A stretch of DNA of 64,000 nt from Schmidtea polychroa (GCA_044892525.1 CM097885.1:27406001-27470000); one strand, 5' to 3'; positions 1 to 12,035 are shown, counted from the stretch's first letter. Numbers and translations are program-made. Notes: a model not told the origin generated them from the sequence alone.

Positions 1-673
1 TATATATAAAAATAAATAAATCTTACATTGTGATTCCATATCGGAATCAGAGTCCTCTGCGACCTCCTCAACAGAAGTGAGGGCATTATCCGCATTAGTT
101 ATATCTGAGTCCTCCTCAACAGAAGCGAGGGCATTATCCGCATTAGTTATATCCGAGTCCTCCTCAACAGAAGTGAGGGCATTATCCGCATCAATTTCCG
201 CATCAATGTCGACATTAAACACTAAAAAGTTTTTAAAAATAAAATACTCAAATAAAATAAATTTACTTTTTTCTTTGAAAACTGGAGCATAATTAGGTGC
301 ATCAGTTTGCCCAAAAAAAACGACATCATCGTCGTCGCTATTTAAAACATTTTCTGAAATGAAAAATTAATTTAATAAAAATTAATATAATAAATTTACC
401 AAAGATCTTATCATTATTAGGGGCATCAGTTTGCCCAAGAAAAACGACATTATCGTCGTCGCTATTTAAAACATTTTCTGAAATGAAAAAATTAATTTAA
501 TAAAAATTAAAATAATAAATTTACCGAAGATCTTATCGACATTTAACATAGATTCGTCTTCGGTAACTTCGAACAAGTCGAACACATCTAAAAGAATAAA
601 ATAAAATAAAATAAAATAAATTACCAGTCGTCAACAGATTTCTTAAAATATTATTATTATTGTTATTTTGCAT
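1..673 (-). CDS. Spliced acidic-repeat protein of Polinton A (5+ exons; 3' end at or beyond window edge)
   Basis: ATG at 673. Removing GT-AG introns 588-624, 478-524, 354-399 and 222-266 gives one open frame MQNNNN..DVFDLFEVTEDES..SDDDNVVFLG..SDDDDVVFFG..ADNALTSVEEDSDITN repeats. Confidence 0.7.
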
Positions 674-1200
674 AGTAGATGGTTTGAAATTGAATTTGAA
701 ATTGAATTTTTAAAATTTTAAAATAATTGTGACAAATTTTAGATTTGTCAATGTTTATAAAGAGAATGAATATTTTCCTGTCCCAACCAATGAGAATATA
801 GACACACACATATACACTGAATATTTTACTCTCTCAACCAATCACACGCATGCATGTATGTAACGTAAATCACTCAGAAATTACATGTGACTGCCTTTGT
901 TAGTCATGCCTTTGTTAACTTGCACTGTGCATGCTTCAGGCAGAGGTGGTCTTTATGTAGAATTAATAATATTTATGTAAATAATAATAAAATTAATTAA
1001 AAATAATAATATTTTTTAAAATAATAATATTTTTCAAAATAATATTAATAATATTAATAATATTAATAATAATCACAATAATAATAATAATATTAAAAAT
1101 AATAATAAAACTTTGTAATAATAATAATAATAATAATATTAATAATAATCACAACAACAAAGGAAAGGATACATTTATTAAACATCAAATTTATTAAACA

Positions 1201-1567
1201 TCAAATTTTTTGTACAATAACCAAGCTAAACAATGTTTGGGTCAAAGGATTTTGAGACATAGTTTTATTATACACAATAGGTTTCCCCATTGTTTGTAGT
1301 TTTGATATCAACAAAGCCGGGTAATAAAAACCCATAGGATCGAACACGAATATATTACCAGGTTTCACATATATAGCTATCCAATGTTCTCCACCAAGAT
1401 GAGAAGATTGAGTATTGACGATTATCGCTTGATTATTGCTCAAATATGGAATTTTATCAAGAGGAAAAACTCCAACAAATTCATTTCCCAATATCTGTTT
1501 TCTGATTTTATTGACCTGAACAGAACTACTTAAATAAATCCAGAGTATAAAAAACAACTTACTCCAT
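1201..1567 (-). pseudogene. Adenain-like (adenovirus-type) cysteine protease of Polinton A
   Basis: Motifs GVFPLDKIP, IIVNT..GEHWIA, FDPMG. After QNPLTQT the expected catalytic CG is missing and the frame shifts. Probable start ATG 1567 with a short intron 1529-1562. Confidence 0.85.
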
Positions 1568-1594
1568 GACAACTTTTTGTGTTTCAATATACAT

Positions 1595-1984
1595 TTATAC
1601 CAACACAGTTCTATTTGCAGTAATTTGAACTTCATTTTCAAATACTCCATATATTATAACATGTACTGGTTCAGTAATAGCTTTTGCAAACTTTATATCC
1701 AGTTGTAAATTTCCATTTTGAGGTAATTGACTTTGATTTAAATCAAAATCAGGGGCTAAAACAAATGTAAAAAATGGATATTTGCTTTTAAAATCTTCTA
1801 GAGTTATTCCACAATTCAAATTTTTATCTAAATAACCCAGATTTCTAACAATACTCTGCATATATGTCGCACAGTAATTGTCATTCTCGAAATCTTGAAT
1901 ATATGTTTCTCTATAATCAGTATTTTTCGACAAAGTCAATGATGTAACACCAAAGTTTTTGAAAATTGAGCTGGACGCAGTATA
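1595..1984 (-). CDS. Major capsid protein, C-terminal part (split by nested element)
   Basis: YTASSSIFKNF..FFTFVLAPD..GNLQLDIKFAKA..VIIYGVFENEVQI; joins in frame to 7528-8364 once the insertion and one TSD copy are removed. Confidence 0.9.
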   Translation of the reverse strand, partial: YTASSSIFKNFGVTSLTLSKNTDYRETYIQDFENDNYCATYMQSIVRNLGYLDKNLNCGITLEDFKSKYPFFTFVLAPDFDLNQSQLPQNGNLQLDIKFAKAITEPVHVIIYGVFENEVQITANRTVLV

Positions 1985-2082
1985 AGTAGTAGATGGTATA
2001 GTCACCGCGAAAACAGGTCACCGACAGCACAAAGACATTTTTTACCCCACCCCCCCCCCCCCCGCCGGGAAAATTTTTTTTC

Positions 2083-2280
2083 AACTTGAGAACAAAGACA
2101 AATGACTCATCCGATGACTCATCAAGCATTCAAGGTCGACTTGAGAACAAAGACATATGACTCATCCGATGACTCATCAAGCATTCAAGGTCAACTTGAG
2201 AACAAAGACATATGACTCATCCAATGACTTATCAAGCATTCAAGTTCGACTTGAGAACAAAGACATATGACTCATCAATG
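2083..2280. repeat. ~56-bp tandem repeat in left TIR of element B (mirrored at ~7297-7436)
   Basis: Unit ACTTGAGAACAAAGACATATGACTCATCCGATGACTCATCAAGCATTCAAGGTC; about 3.5 copies on the left and 2.5 inverted copies on the right. Confidence 0.9.
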
Positions 2281-4844
2281 ATATATAATTATTATTATTT
2301 TTATTATTATTAATTTATCACAGAATAATAAATAATTTCCTTACTTTAATGAAGATTCTTACCATCTGAGAATAATATTGTTAATTTATCTCGGTGTTAT
2401 TAAAATTATCTTTCGACTTTACGCTTCTTACCATTTTAGAATAAGATTTTTTATCAAAATTTGACTGATTCAATTTGATGGAGTTATTGTTAATTCGTTT
2501 TATTATATATACTCTGAGTTTATCCGACAAGATATTTTCTCCCTCTATGGGTACTGTTCACAATTGGTACTGCTCGTAAGGGTACTGGTCGTAAAGGTAC
2601 TGGTGTGTTTTAATGATTTTATTTAGGCAAATTTTTGGTTATTATTTAGCATTAAATTCATTGGTAATTTTTAGAGTTAGCGGGATTTTACTAACATTAT
2701 TTCTATACAATTGAAATAATTATTTCTATTATTTGAAAGAATATTTAAAAATTTAAGGTTTTAGTGTTAATTCTAAGACAAATTTAATTAATTTCTTGAT
2801 AATTTGCTATATTTTATTGACTTGTTTTTAAATTTTAAATAAAAATTATTTTTAATGACAGTTAGGTTAATAATTAGAGTTTTTACAATAATCAAGTGAT
2901 TATTATTTAATTTTTATGTTGACTTTGTAATGATATTGACTAAATAATTTTTTCATATATTTTCTACGAATATTGATGAACTTTTAAATATTGAAAATCG
3001 AAAGTTGAAACCAGCTAATTTTATCATGATGATATATTTGAAATCTACTTGAAAATTATTGTAAAATATACTGAAATTTGTGATTTTGAAAGATATAATT
3101 GCTATATAATTGGCTGAATCGATGAAGAATTATGATCAATATTTCATCTCTAGTTAGGTATTTGATGGTAAGATTTTAATTAGATTTCTAGAAATTAAAT
3201 CGGTTGAATAAAGGGTACAATCTATTGAAGGAATATTGTTATCGGATGGATAAATCTTTCAATGATATTTTGCTAAATTACCTTTGTTAAATATTATTTT
3301 AAATGACTGAAAAAGAGAAAATTAACCAATATTCTTAAATTATTCACACAAAATATCCCTGTTTTGGTAAAAGTTACTCAAAATCCCTATTTAATAATGT
3401 TAAGCATGTATTTCTCACAAAGATATATTACACCCAATGATCATCTCATTAAATTAGAAAAGAATTGTAACCCTATATTTCTAACTAATAAGCACCTTAA
3501 TTGGTTAAATGATAACCAAATGATCATGTTTCTATTATGATTCCTTTTTGACTCGAAATTTACTCAGAAATTTACTCCAAATGATAAAGACTTTCTACCA
3601 AAATTATCAATGAATATATGTTGTTATTAATGATTATGCATTTCTCACTAAATTACCTAAGAATGTTTAACTAATATACATATGCCTTAATTAATATACC
3701 CTTGCGACATGTTGAATGTGACCAGTACCCTTACGACAAATACACATAGGGGGACAGAATATTTTGTCGGATAAATTCAGACTATATATATAAAAACTTA
3801 CAATATGCTATGGTTTTTATTGATTAATTTGTTGTATATTGCATTGATACATCAAAATGTTAGATAATATTTATAAATTAACTAAAAAATACACAAAAAT
3901 ACTATATTACCTACGAATTCTGTTATGTTTCTAGTTAAATAATTGGTTTATGTATCAACTATATAAAAATTGTTGTGAATCCAAGAATATTTTAATTAAA
4001 TGGTACGACCAAAAACATGGATTTCTAACTAAATAGGTTAATTTATCTATTTTACTTAAGAAATTCCTATATTTAAAATAACCTTTCACTAAATTGCCTA
4101 AATATTTGCTATATGGTATTGTTAAACAAAATAATAATGAAATTAAAAATAATAATATTATGTCAGGGTATGAAAAAATAATATAATTGTATGACTAATA
4201 AATTTGCAATACAAGTGCATAATTAACAAAGACTTTGCAATAAATGGGCATGATTAACAAAGACATTAGAAATATTATCTTTGCATTATGTCGAAGATGA
4301 TTATGGCAGTAATATCAGAGGAGAATGAATGGACAGAGAAAAGCATCATTATGAATATTTCATGAATTGTAAATTTCCATATATATAAATAGCACTATTT
4401 CAAAAATTAATACAAATATTAAAACAAAATGAATATGTTTTAATCAAAAAATATTACAATAAAACAATAAATTTATAAAAACATTTATTTACAAAACAAT
4501 AATAACCAATACTACTGCAACTTATAATGGCAGCTTTAAAATATTGGTTAGGGTTTCTTCTGCTTTTCCAACATCTTCATGGTTTTTGCGAAGATCTTTT
4601 TTTCCATTTTGATGAACTCACGGGTATATTTCATTCTGAATAATCTAAATAATATCATATATTATAAATACCAAACCATTCCATTCATCATATCACCAAC
4701 ATTTGGTAGTTGCGCCCAATATATTTAATTACCAAGATGATTTCATATTATTCAATGTTTGAAAATTTTCTACATTATAGTACCGTCATTATGGATGGTA
4801 ATAATTCATTTAACTTTGATATTGTATTGATTTGTATTGAGAAC

Positions 4845-5550
4845 TTACATGTATATAGTATGATATTCATTAATCAGTGTTGAACAGGCTTGACAATTGT
4901 GAACATTCTTCTCGTGACACTTAGAACAAACAATTACGTGACCACACGGTAAATACAAAACCGAAACTTGATTTTCTTTACAAATTGAACAAGTTAAATA
5001 CCTTTTCTTAACATCGTTCAGTTTTTCCGTTAGCTTATTTTCAATCAAGTCGGCTTTTGCTATCCATTCATAAATCAATCTACTATATCCCGGTTTCAAC
5101 CTTAAATACATGCAACTCCAAAAGTATTCATTCAGTGAATCGTTGTTTACCACTGTTTTTTCTAAATACATTAAATAACTAGATAACTTCAAAATGCATT
5201 TATCATAATTAAATAAATCAATCAAATATTCAATAGAGGAATGTTTGAAAATTTTGAAAATATTTATGATTTGCTTATCACTGTAAGTATCATGATTATT
5301 TATAAAATCTTCAACTGTGTTGTTGAAAAATTTCAATGAACGCTTATCTTCGGAATAGGTTGGACTTAATTTTTCCTTATTTCTAGTAGGATTTCCTTGC
5401 TATAAATGACATATATATAAAATATTGACAAAATAATAAAGTTACCAAATGTGTTTTGTGATTTACACATTCGTATTCAACAGTGTTACTTGTAGAAATC
5501 ATCAGTAATAAATAAATTTCTTAATAATTAAATTACTTTTGTTTTTTACA
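4845..5550 (-). CDS. C-terminal C3HC4 RING protein of IAP/RNF34 type (probably spliced at the 5' end)
   Basis: CSICKENQVSVLYLPCGHVIVCSKC..CQAC..IYM at the very C-terminus matches the IAP-type RING pattern. Frame is open upstream of the 5336 TTG to an AG acceptor near 5400. No intact BIR domain seen; 5' end approximate. Confidence 0.75.
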
Positions 5551-5786
5551 TTTATAACGATTGAGATAGCCAATCAAATTAGAGTTTTCAAAATGTAGAA
5601 ATTGTAACCATGGTTGAACCTTCAAATGTCTAAGTAATATCATATTGTATAACAATAATAATAAGCATGACTAGTACCCTTGCAACCTGTTGAGTGTGAG
5701 CAGTACCCATAGGGGGACAAAATATTTTGTCGGATAAACTCAGAGTATATAGATTAATACTAATAATAATAAAGTAATAATAATGT

Positions 5787-5820
<34 letters not shown>

Positions 5821-5859
5821 TTGAAAATAATTTTGAAAATGATATAAATAATAATAAGA

Positions 5860-6130
5860 ATTTTGAAGAAAATAATCATGAAAATATTGAAAATCGTGAA
5901 AATTATGAAAATGTTAAAAATCATGAAAATATAGAAAATGATGAAAATGTTCCTGAAAATGATGAAAATGTTGAAAATGATGAAAACGTTAAAAATTATG
6001 GAAATGTTCCTGAAAATAATCATCAAATATTGAAAATCGTAAATTGGTGCAGAAATTAAGTTTTATGAATATTTAAGTAAATAATGATAATGAAACTTCT
6101 AAAATAAAATAATAATTAGAATTTTGCAAA

Positions 6131-6161
<31 letters not shown>

Positions 6162-6420
6162 AATATTGATAAAAACTTTGAAAATAATTCTTTGAAAATA
6201 ATACTTTGAAAAATATTTGATGAATAGTTCCTGAAATAATCATGAAAATGTTGAAAATCGTGAAAATATTGAAAATGTAGAAAATTATTAAAATATTCAT
6301 GCAAATGATGAAAATGTTGAAAATCATGAAATTGACGTAGAAATTAAGTTTTATGAATATTTAAGTAAATAATAATAATGAAACTTCTAAAATAAAATAA
6401 TAGTTAGAATTTTGCAAATA
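5860..6420. repeat. Degenerate GAAAATGATGAAAATG-type minisatellite (related block at ~32080-32450)
   Basis: Repeated 9/18-bp units visible directly; a ~290-bp segment is also duplicated (6025-6150 vs 6315-6440). Confidence 0.75.
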
Positions 6421-6986
6421 ATAATAAAAATAATAATAATAATAAATAATAATAATAATATTTATGCAAAGCATGTGCAATAATTATGTCTTTGTTAAAT
6501 AAGTCAACTTTAGCATCAAAATAAGTTTTAAAATATATTTAAATTTTAAAATACCGCAACGTAATATATTTTTGTCCTGCCCCTTCATTGATTTAAGTTG
6601 GTCGGAATTTAATAATAATTATATTATACCCTTTGAGACATGTTGAATGTGAGTAGTACTCTTTGACCATTACCCATATGAGCAATACCCATAGGGGGAC
6701 AGAATATCTTGTCGGATAGACTAGGAGTATAAATGATAATAATATTCCCCGCGCGCATAATACTTTGAACTTGTATTTCAAAATACTTTGAAAATATTAA
6801 TAATAATAAGATGAAGAACTTTCAAAATAACTGTAAAAATGTTAGTTTAAAATAATAATAATAGTAAAGAAATATTGAAAAATATTGAAAATTATTAAAA
6901 TATTCATGCAAATGATAAAAATGATAAAAATGTTGAAAATCATTAAATTGCCATAGAATTTAAGTTTCATGAATAATTGCCAATAA

Positions 6987-7077
<91 letters not shown>

Positions 7078-7527
7078 GTCTTGGAAAAATGTTAATAACT
7101 TTGCCGATATTAAAGATGTTGATGACAACAATAGCTCATTCGAAAGGGCTTGCACTAAGCTTCAAAAAAAGCTATTGATCGATAAAATAAGTTGATGGAA
7201 ACGATAACTTTTGGCAGGCCAAATAGTAGGTCACCGCGAGCACAAAGACATTAGAAATAATAATATTTTTAAAAATAATAATAATTATATATCATTGATG
7301 AGTCATATGTCTTTGTTCTCAAGTTGACCTTGAATGCTTGATGAGTCATCGGATGAGTCATATGTCTTTGTTCTCAAGTCGACCTTGAATGCTTGATGAG
7401 TCATCGGATGAGTCATTTGTCTTTGTTCTCAAGTTGAAAAAAAAATTTTCCCGGCGGGGGGGGGTGGGGGTAAAAAATGTCTTTGTGCTGGCGGTGACCT
7501 GTTTTCGCGGTGACCATACCATCTACT

Positions 7528-8364
7528 AGTATATGATCCATTATATTGTGCTTCACTTTGAAATGTTATCAGAATAAAATTAGGCATTCTTCTGTCACCA
7601 AATATTTGTTCTTTATAGAATGATGAAGCACCTTTAGCAATAGCAAATTGTACAATTTCCTTTGTTTTTAATGGATAAATTGCATGTTTTGAATTAAGAC
7701 CTAATTGATGACCTACTAATACTGAGGGGTCTACTCGAACTCTTCTCACCAATAATTTTGCATCAACTAATTGACATATTGGTGTAGTAGTTGCACTAGT
7801 AAGAGATAATGCAGAATCAGACCTTTTCAGTCTAATATGTACATTAACTCCCGGTAGTAAATATTTCGGTTGATCCATAAAATCAAGTTGTAATGATGAG
7901 CACATGGTGAAAACCTTTGAGCCTTTTACCCACTTTTTTCTTTCATCATCACTGCCATAACCCATAGGAGTAAGACATGTATTTTTAGTATCGGAATTGT
8001 AATTTAAAATAGTTTCTATTAATGCCTTGTGAATGAATGTATTATTTCCGCCCTCAATCTTGATATTATTAAATCCCAACACTGCATCTTTAAAAAGAGT
8101 ATGAAACAGGAAATTGTTCGGTATTACATCTGCATTGGCATCCAAAACCTTTCTATCTTTATCTACAACCTTAATCTGAACAGTCAATAAAGTATCGTTC
8201 AAATCTAGATATTCGGTTTGCGAACCATTAATATAAAACTCGATATCATTTCTACTATCGGTAATTGAATTCGTAGGAAAAACTTCCTCAAATGCCCCAA
8301 ATTCTATTACAGCTTGGGGCGACGGTCTATCAAATATACATAATTCAGATTTACCACAAATCAT
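7528..8364 (-). CDS. Major capsid protein (double jelly-roll), N-terminal part
   Basis: MICGKSELCIF..IEFYING..YLDLNDTLL..NNFLFHTLF..QPKYLLPGVNVHIRLKRS, typical of Polinton MCP. Confidence 0.9.
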
Positions 8365-8732
8365 TTTGCAAATATAGTTCCATGTCCTTTCATTCGTTTG
8401 TTTATACGTGATATTCCATGTCTTTTACGTTTTGGAGCATGAGCTGGAGCTGGAGCTGGAGCTGGTTTTTGAAACATACCTGCAACCCCGGGTAAAACTT
8501 TCCCTAATTCTGCTAAAGCATTTGTTTTTAGAGATGGTAGTATTTTCTGTTCATTCATAATAACATCTTTTGCAGTTTTCATACCAAAACTACCAATACG
8601 TTTAAGAATAGGCAGGGCAAATCTACCAATTGTTCTCAACCATCCTGATCCGTACTGTTTACCAATAAATTATGGTAATTCACCACCAGATTGGCTACCA
8701 CTATACATACTAATAATATCAGAATTAGCCAT
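8361..8732 (-). pseudogene. Small basic virion core/membrane-active protein with adenain-type cleavage motifs
   Basis: MANSDIISMYSGSQSGGELP*FIGKQYGSGWLRTIGRFALPILKRIG..MKGHG: QxGxG motifs, amphipathic helix and one in-frame stop near 8670. Lies between penton and MCP. Confidence 0.6.
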
Positions 8733-9792
8733 TTATTTTACGAAAATGTAATGTCAAATGAGTTTTTGAACCTTTTGGAAATTCGATTAATTGACCAGAA
8801 TCATCTCTTATATTTATTTCTATATTGTTTATACAAGATGTTGAAACAGGTAAATACATGGGATTTTCTACATTGATTTGTACAACTTCATCTTGATCAT
8901 GTTTTTCAATCCATATAGATTTCATTAAAGGAACACTAGAATCGCCAACAATAACTGGTTCCACGATATTACTGTAAATGAACATTTTCTGATGATGTTT
9001 AAGGATTTTCGGTTTGTTTGTTCCTTCACAAATTTGTTCATTTTGTGTACATACTGGTTTAGTCAATCCTAATGTTTTTGTCAAATTTGAGTCAAATTTA
9101 ACTTGACTAAGATTAGAATTTATACTAAATCTAAATACTTTATCTTTTTGAAGCTCGAAAACTGTTAAAATCTCACTACAATTGTCAGCTAAATAAGTTT
9201 GTAATTGTTTGAGGTCTGAAATATATAAATTATCTTTAAAAGTATATGCATGCTCAGTTATTTCAAAGTATGATAGCTTAAATTTGAATTCCACTAAATT
9301 ATTAGTTTTTGGAAGTGTAGAGAGATTTATTTTGACTGTATCATTAAATACATTACGTAAATCAGTAAATCTAAGACGTTTAGCATCAGCCATTGTAGAA
9401 AATAAAATTTCGAACGGCTTATTCAAGCAATTCATGTATAAATATTGACCATCTTCATAAATTATAGGTTTCCTTGATTTCGATGAACTCGTCAAGTTAT
9501 AACTATCTTTATCAATAAGAACATTAATATATTCCGTTACTGCTACTTTCTTATTATATTCAATAACGGATTTGCTATAGATTGGGAATAAATTGTATAC
9601 AAATGTAAAATCCAACAGAGCAACTTCCCAGTCATTATCCAAATAGATGGGGTTTTGGAGTTCGATGATGAATTTGCTTGCTTGATTGTCTGGATGAATT
9701 AATGGACAACTATTGCTCGGCAAAATAGTATAAAAATTCACTTTATTAGGTCTTTTGCTGATATCCATGACGAGTTTTGATAACCATGCCAT
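8725..9792 (-). CDS. Minor capsid protein (penton)
   Basis: FYTILPSNS..PDNQASKF..L..PIYL..DWEVAL and C-terminal MFIYSNIVEPVIVGDS..PLM..YLPV..IEINIRD..G..LTLHFRK; true start may be ATG 9769. Confidence 0.85.
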   Translation of the reverse strand: MAWLSKLVMDISKRPNKVNFYTILPSNSCPLIHPDNQASKFIIELQNPIYLDNDWEVALLDFTFVYNLFPIYSKSVIEYNKKVAVTEYINVLIDKDSYNLTSSSKSRKPIIYEDGQYLYMNCLNKPFEILFSTMADAKRLRFTDLRNVFNDTVKINLSTLPKTNNLVEFKFKLSYFEITEHAYTFKDNLYISDLKQLQTYLADNCSEILTVFELQKDKVFRFSINSNLSQVKFDSNLTKTLGLTKPVCTQNEQICEGTNKPKILKHHQKMFIYSNIVEPVIVGDSSVPLMKSIWIEKHDQDEVVQINVENPMYLPVSTSCINNIEINIRDDSGQLIEFPKGSKTHLTLHFRKING

Positions 9793-10353
9793 TTGACATA
9801 GTATTGTTTATCCTTACCGACCTTTTTAGTTTTCAATATTTTTTGAATTCTAAATACTTTTGGGGGAGGAATGACTTGTAATTCCTGCTCATAAAATTTC
9901 CCTTGTACAATATTATTATCATTGTCTTTGATTCTGTTTAGTATTTATTTTTGAAATTACAAAGACTTCATCACTCCAATTTGTATCAAAATTTTTAATA
10001 AATGGTGATGCACTAATTTTACTAATTCTAACATGGTCACCGACTTTATATTTAGGTTTTGCAATTTTTACAGATTTCTTAGAAGTCAATGATGTTTTTG
10101 ATGTAATATCAACCGGTCTCAATCCATTCAGTCCTCGATGTGATGAATGATTATAACTTGTTATTATTTTCGGTAAAGCATTTACCCATTTTTTATTACC
10201 TTGATGCACGAACAATTTCTTTAATCTATCTCTCAATGTTCGATTAAATCTTTCAACATGGGCAGCTTTGTATTGAGAATGTACCGAGTAGTGATTTATT
10301 TTCAGTTTATCGAGGATTTGCTTAACTTTGCTATTGTAGAATTCTTTACCTAA

Positions 10354-10412
<59 letters not shown>

Positions 10413-10800
10413 CTAAATCTGTTTGCAAGTTATTAGGATGTCCATCTTTAAATAAAATATTATTTGCCTTGGACATTTCTTCTGCAGATTTTGCCTTGAC
10501 TGGTATTGCTCGTGCAAACCTGCTGTATACATTAATACATGTTAAAATATATTTATTCCCATTGTTAATTTTTGAATAAGGTATCATCTCCATCAAATCC
10601 ATTTGCCATAAATCGTCAATACCAAATGTTTTATACGCTCTTGTTGGAAATCTTTTCCGCATTGGTTTGTTCAAACTGTACGCAAGCTGATCTGATAACC
10701 ACTTCTGGGTTTCTTTTTTCGAATTCGGAACTCTTTTGTTTAATTTTGCCACTCCACCAAAACCGGCTTCGTCTTCTGGGTTCGTCCAAATCTTCTCCAT
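9755..10800 (-). pseudogene. Polinton retroviral-like (rve) integrase with C-terminal chromodomain
   Basis: LWQMDL, YILTCINVYSRFA, QTDLG/KEF, VERFNRTL, GDHVRIS. Frameshift near 9925, then GKFYEQELQ and chromo-like QYYVKWHGY..SWI. 63-nt GT-AG (ATT)n intron at 10350-10412. Confidence 0.9.
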
Positions 10801-10861
10801 TACAACAAGAAGATTTAAAATTAAATTTAATGTCGGGCAATGAAGGATTAGCACCCATTGT

Positions 10862-11389
10862 TTATGATTGATTTCCTACAACTCCACCTAATAATGATAA
10901 TGCCAGAGGTATCAATGCACCAATAAATCCACCTTGTTGTTTATATATAATTTTCCTCATTTGCTTACGATTTTTATTATTTACTAAAGATAATAAAGGT
11001 TTCCTATGTTTGCTCAATAAATGCTTTTTTGATTTACTGATTTTAATTTTGCCTTTGACTACTTTAAATATAATATTGAGTAAATCATCGACAACAAAGT
11101 TTGGGAATGATTGCAATATATTCATTCTTTTCATACTCGGAGCCTTTAACAATGCATTAAAAAATGGAAAACTGCGATGATTTTTAGCTACTTTTACTTT
11201 CTTAGTGGTTTTACTTTTAGGTTTAGGTTTAGGATTTTTCGAAATAAGATTCATTGCAGAGAAATTTTCAGTTACAAGTTTTTTAGATGGTGTATAACTA
11301 GTTGTTGGTGGAACTTTTGGAACTTTAATACTCTTTCTAATACTTTTTCTTAATTTCCTAATATTTTTCACCCTTGCTTTTAGAAACAT
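10862..11389 (-). CDS. Basic core-like protein with C-terminal QQGG/FIGALIPLALSLLGG motif
   Basis: Lys-rich ORF ending in an adenain-type cleavage motif and hydrophobic helix; conserved position next to the ATPase in Polintons. Confidence 0.65.
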   Translation of the reverse strand: MFLKARVKNIRKLRKSIRKSIKVPKVPPTTSYTPSKKLVTENFSAMNLISKNPKPKPKSKTTKKVKVAKNHRSFPFFNALLKAPSMKRMNILQSFPNFVVDDLLNIIFKVVKGKIKISKSKKHLLSKHRKPLLSLVNNKNRKQMRKIIYKQQGGFIGALIPLALSLLGGVVGNQS

Positions 11390-11407
11390 TATTATTCATA
11401 GAGGTTT

Positions 11408-12035
11408 TCAACTTTGTTTATAAACCATGGCACCTTTTGGGTTGAAAATATCTGTTTTTACACGTAAATCATCGGGACATTGTTGTGTGAAATCAAGAAA
11501 TATATATCCATGAGGTATTTTTGTAGCATCTTGAAATGCACTGATAAGAAAATTACGATTGTTAGGGTATGCTTGACGTGCAAGAAAATCAATGACAGTT
11601 GCATCTCTAGGATTCTTGAAAATAACTAAATATTTATACATTTAAATTACGTGTTCGATGTGCCCCACCTTGATGAAATAGATTTTGTGTTATGAAAATA
11701 ACTGTTACACCGACATGTCTGCTAATCTTTGTAAATAAATTATTAAAATCTTTTTCTTTATTAGCTTTTTGATACAAATCATCGATAATAATGACATCAC
11801 CTTTCTTTAATCGGCTGGACCAGTTTTTATCGAATCCCTTTACTATTTTCATGTTTTTTAATTTACAGAAACTTGATTGAGTTAATCCATGTTCTTCATC
11901 AGCACCCCTATGCCAATAAATCCTGTTGAATTTTGATTTGAATAAATTTGATTTTAGTAATTTACAAACAAATAATGTTTTTCCACTACCCCTCGGACCA
12001 ACGATTTGGTATACTGCATCATTTCTTAATTCCAT
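11408..12035 (-). pseudogene. FtsK/A32-type DNA packaging ATPase (frameshifted near 11640)
   Basis: Walker A GPRGSGKT, Walker B VIIIDD, ISRH, FITQNLF; second frame YLVIFKNPRD..LARQ..PHGYIFLD. Confidence 0.92.

Larger units (their letters stand above)
1985..7527. mobile_element. Non-autonomous Polinton-type element B nested in the MCP gene of Polinton A
   Basis: TIRs of ~250-310 bp (1985-~2300 / ~7276-7527) starting AGTAGTAGATGG and ending CCATCTACT. 6-bp TSD AGTATA at 1979-1984 and 7528-7533. No polymerase, integrase or capsid inside. Confidence 0.93.

Noticed and set aside
674..682. AGTAGATGG as a possible left terminus of Polinton A
   Set aside because: Not followed by the CCGC/poly-C TIR sequence and has no TSD matching 16590-16595; it sits directly upstream of the ATG of the acidic gene.
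2083..2280. Repeat arrays resembling CRISPR (also 15940-16500, 29270-30130, 30905-31020)
   Set aside because: Tandem units without unique spacers, no cas genes, and a eukaryotic context.
4280..4380. Possible BIR-domain remnant (EKHHYEYFMNCKFP) near the RING gene
   Set aside because: Opposite strand to the RING gene, downstream of it, and too short to support.
5760..7195. Poly-Ile/Asn/Tyr ORFs (also 13048-13311, 25047-25406, 41771-42216, 19365-19565)
   Set aside because: Translations of (AAT)n, (TA)n and minisatellite tracts, not proteins.
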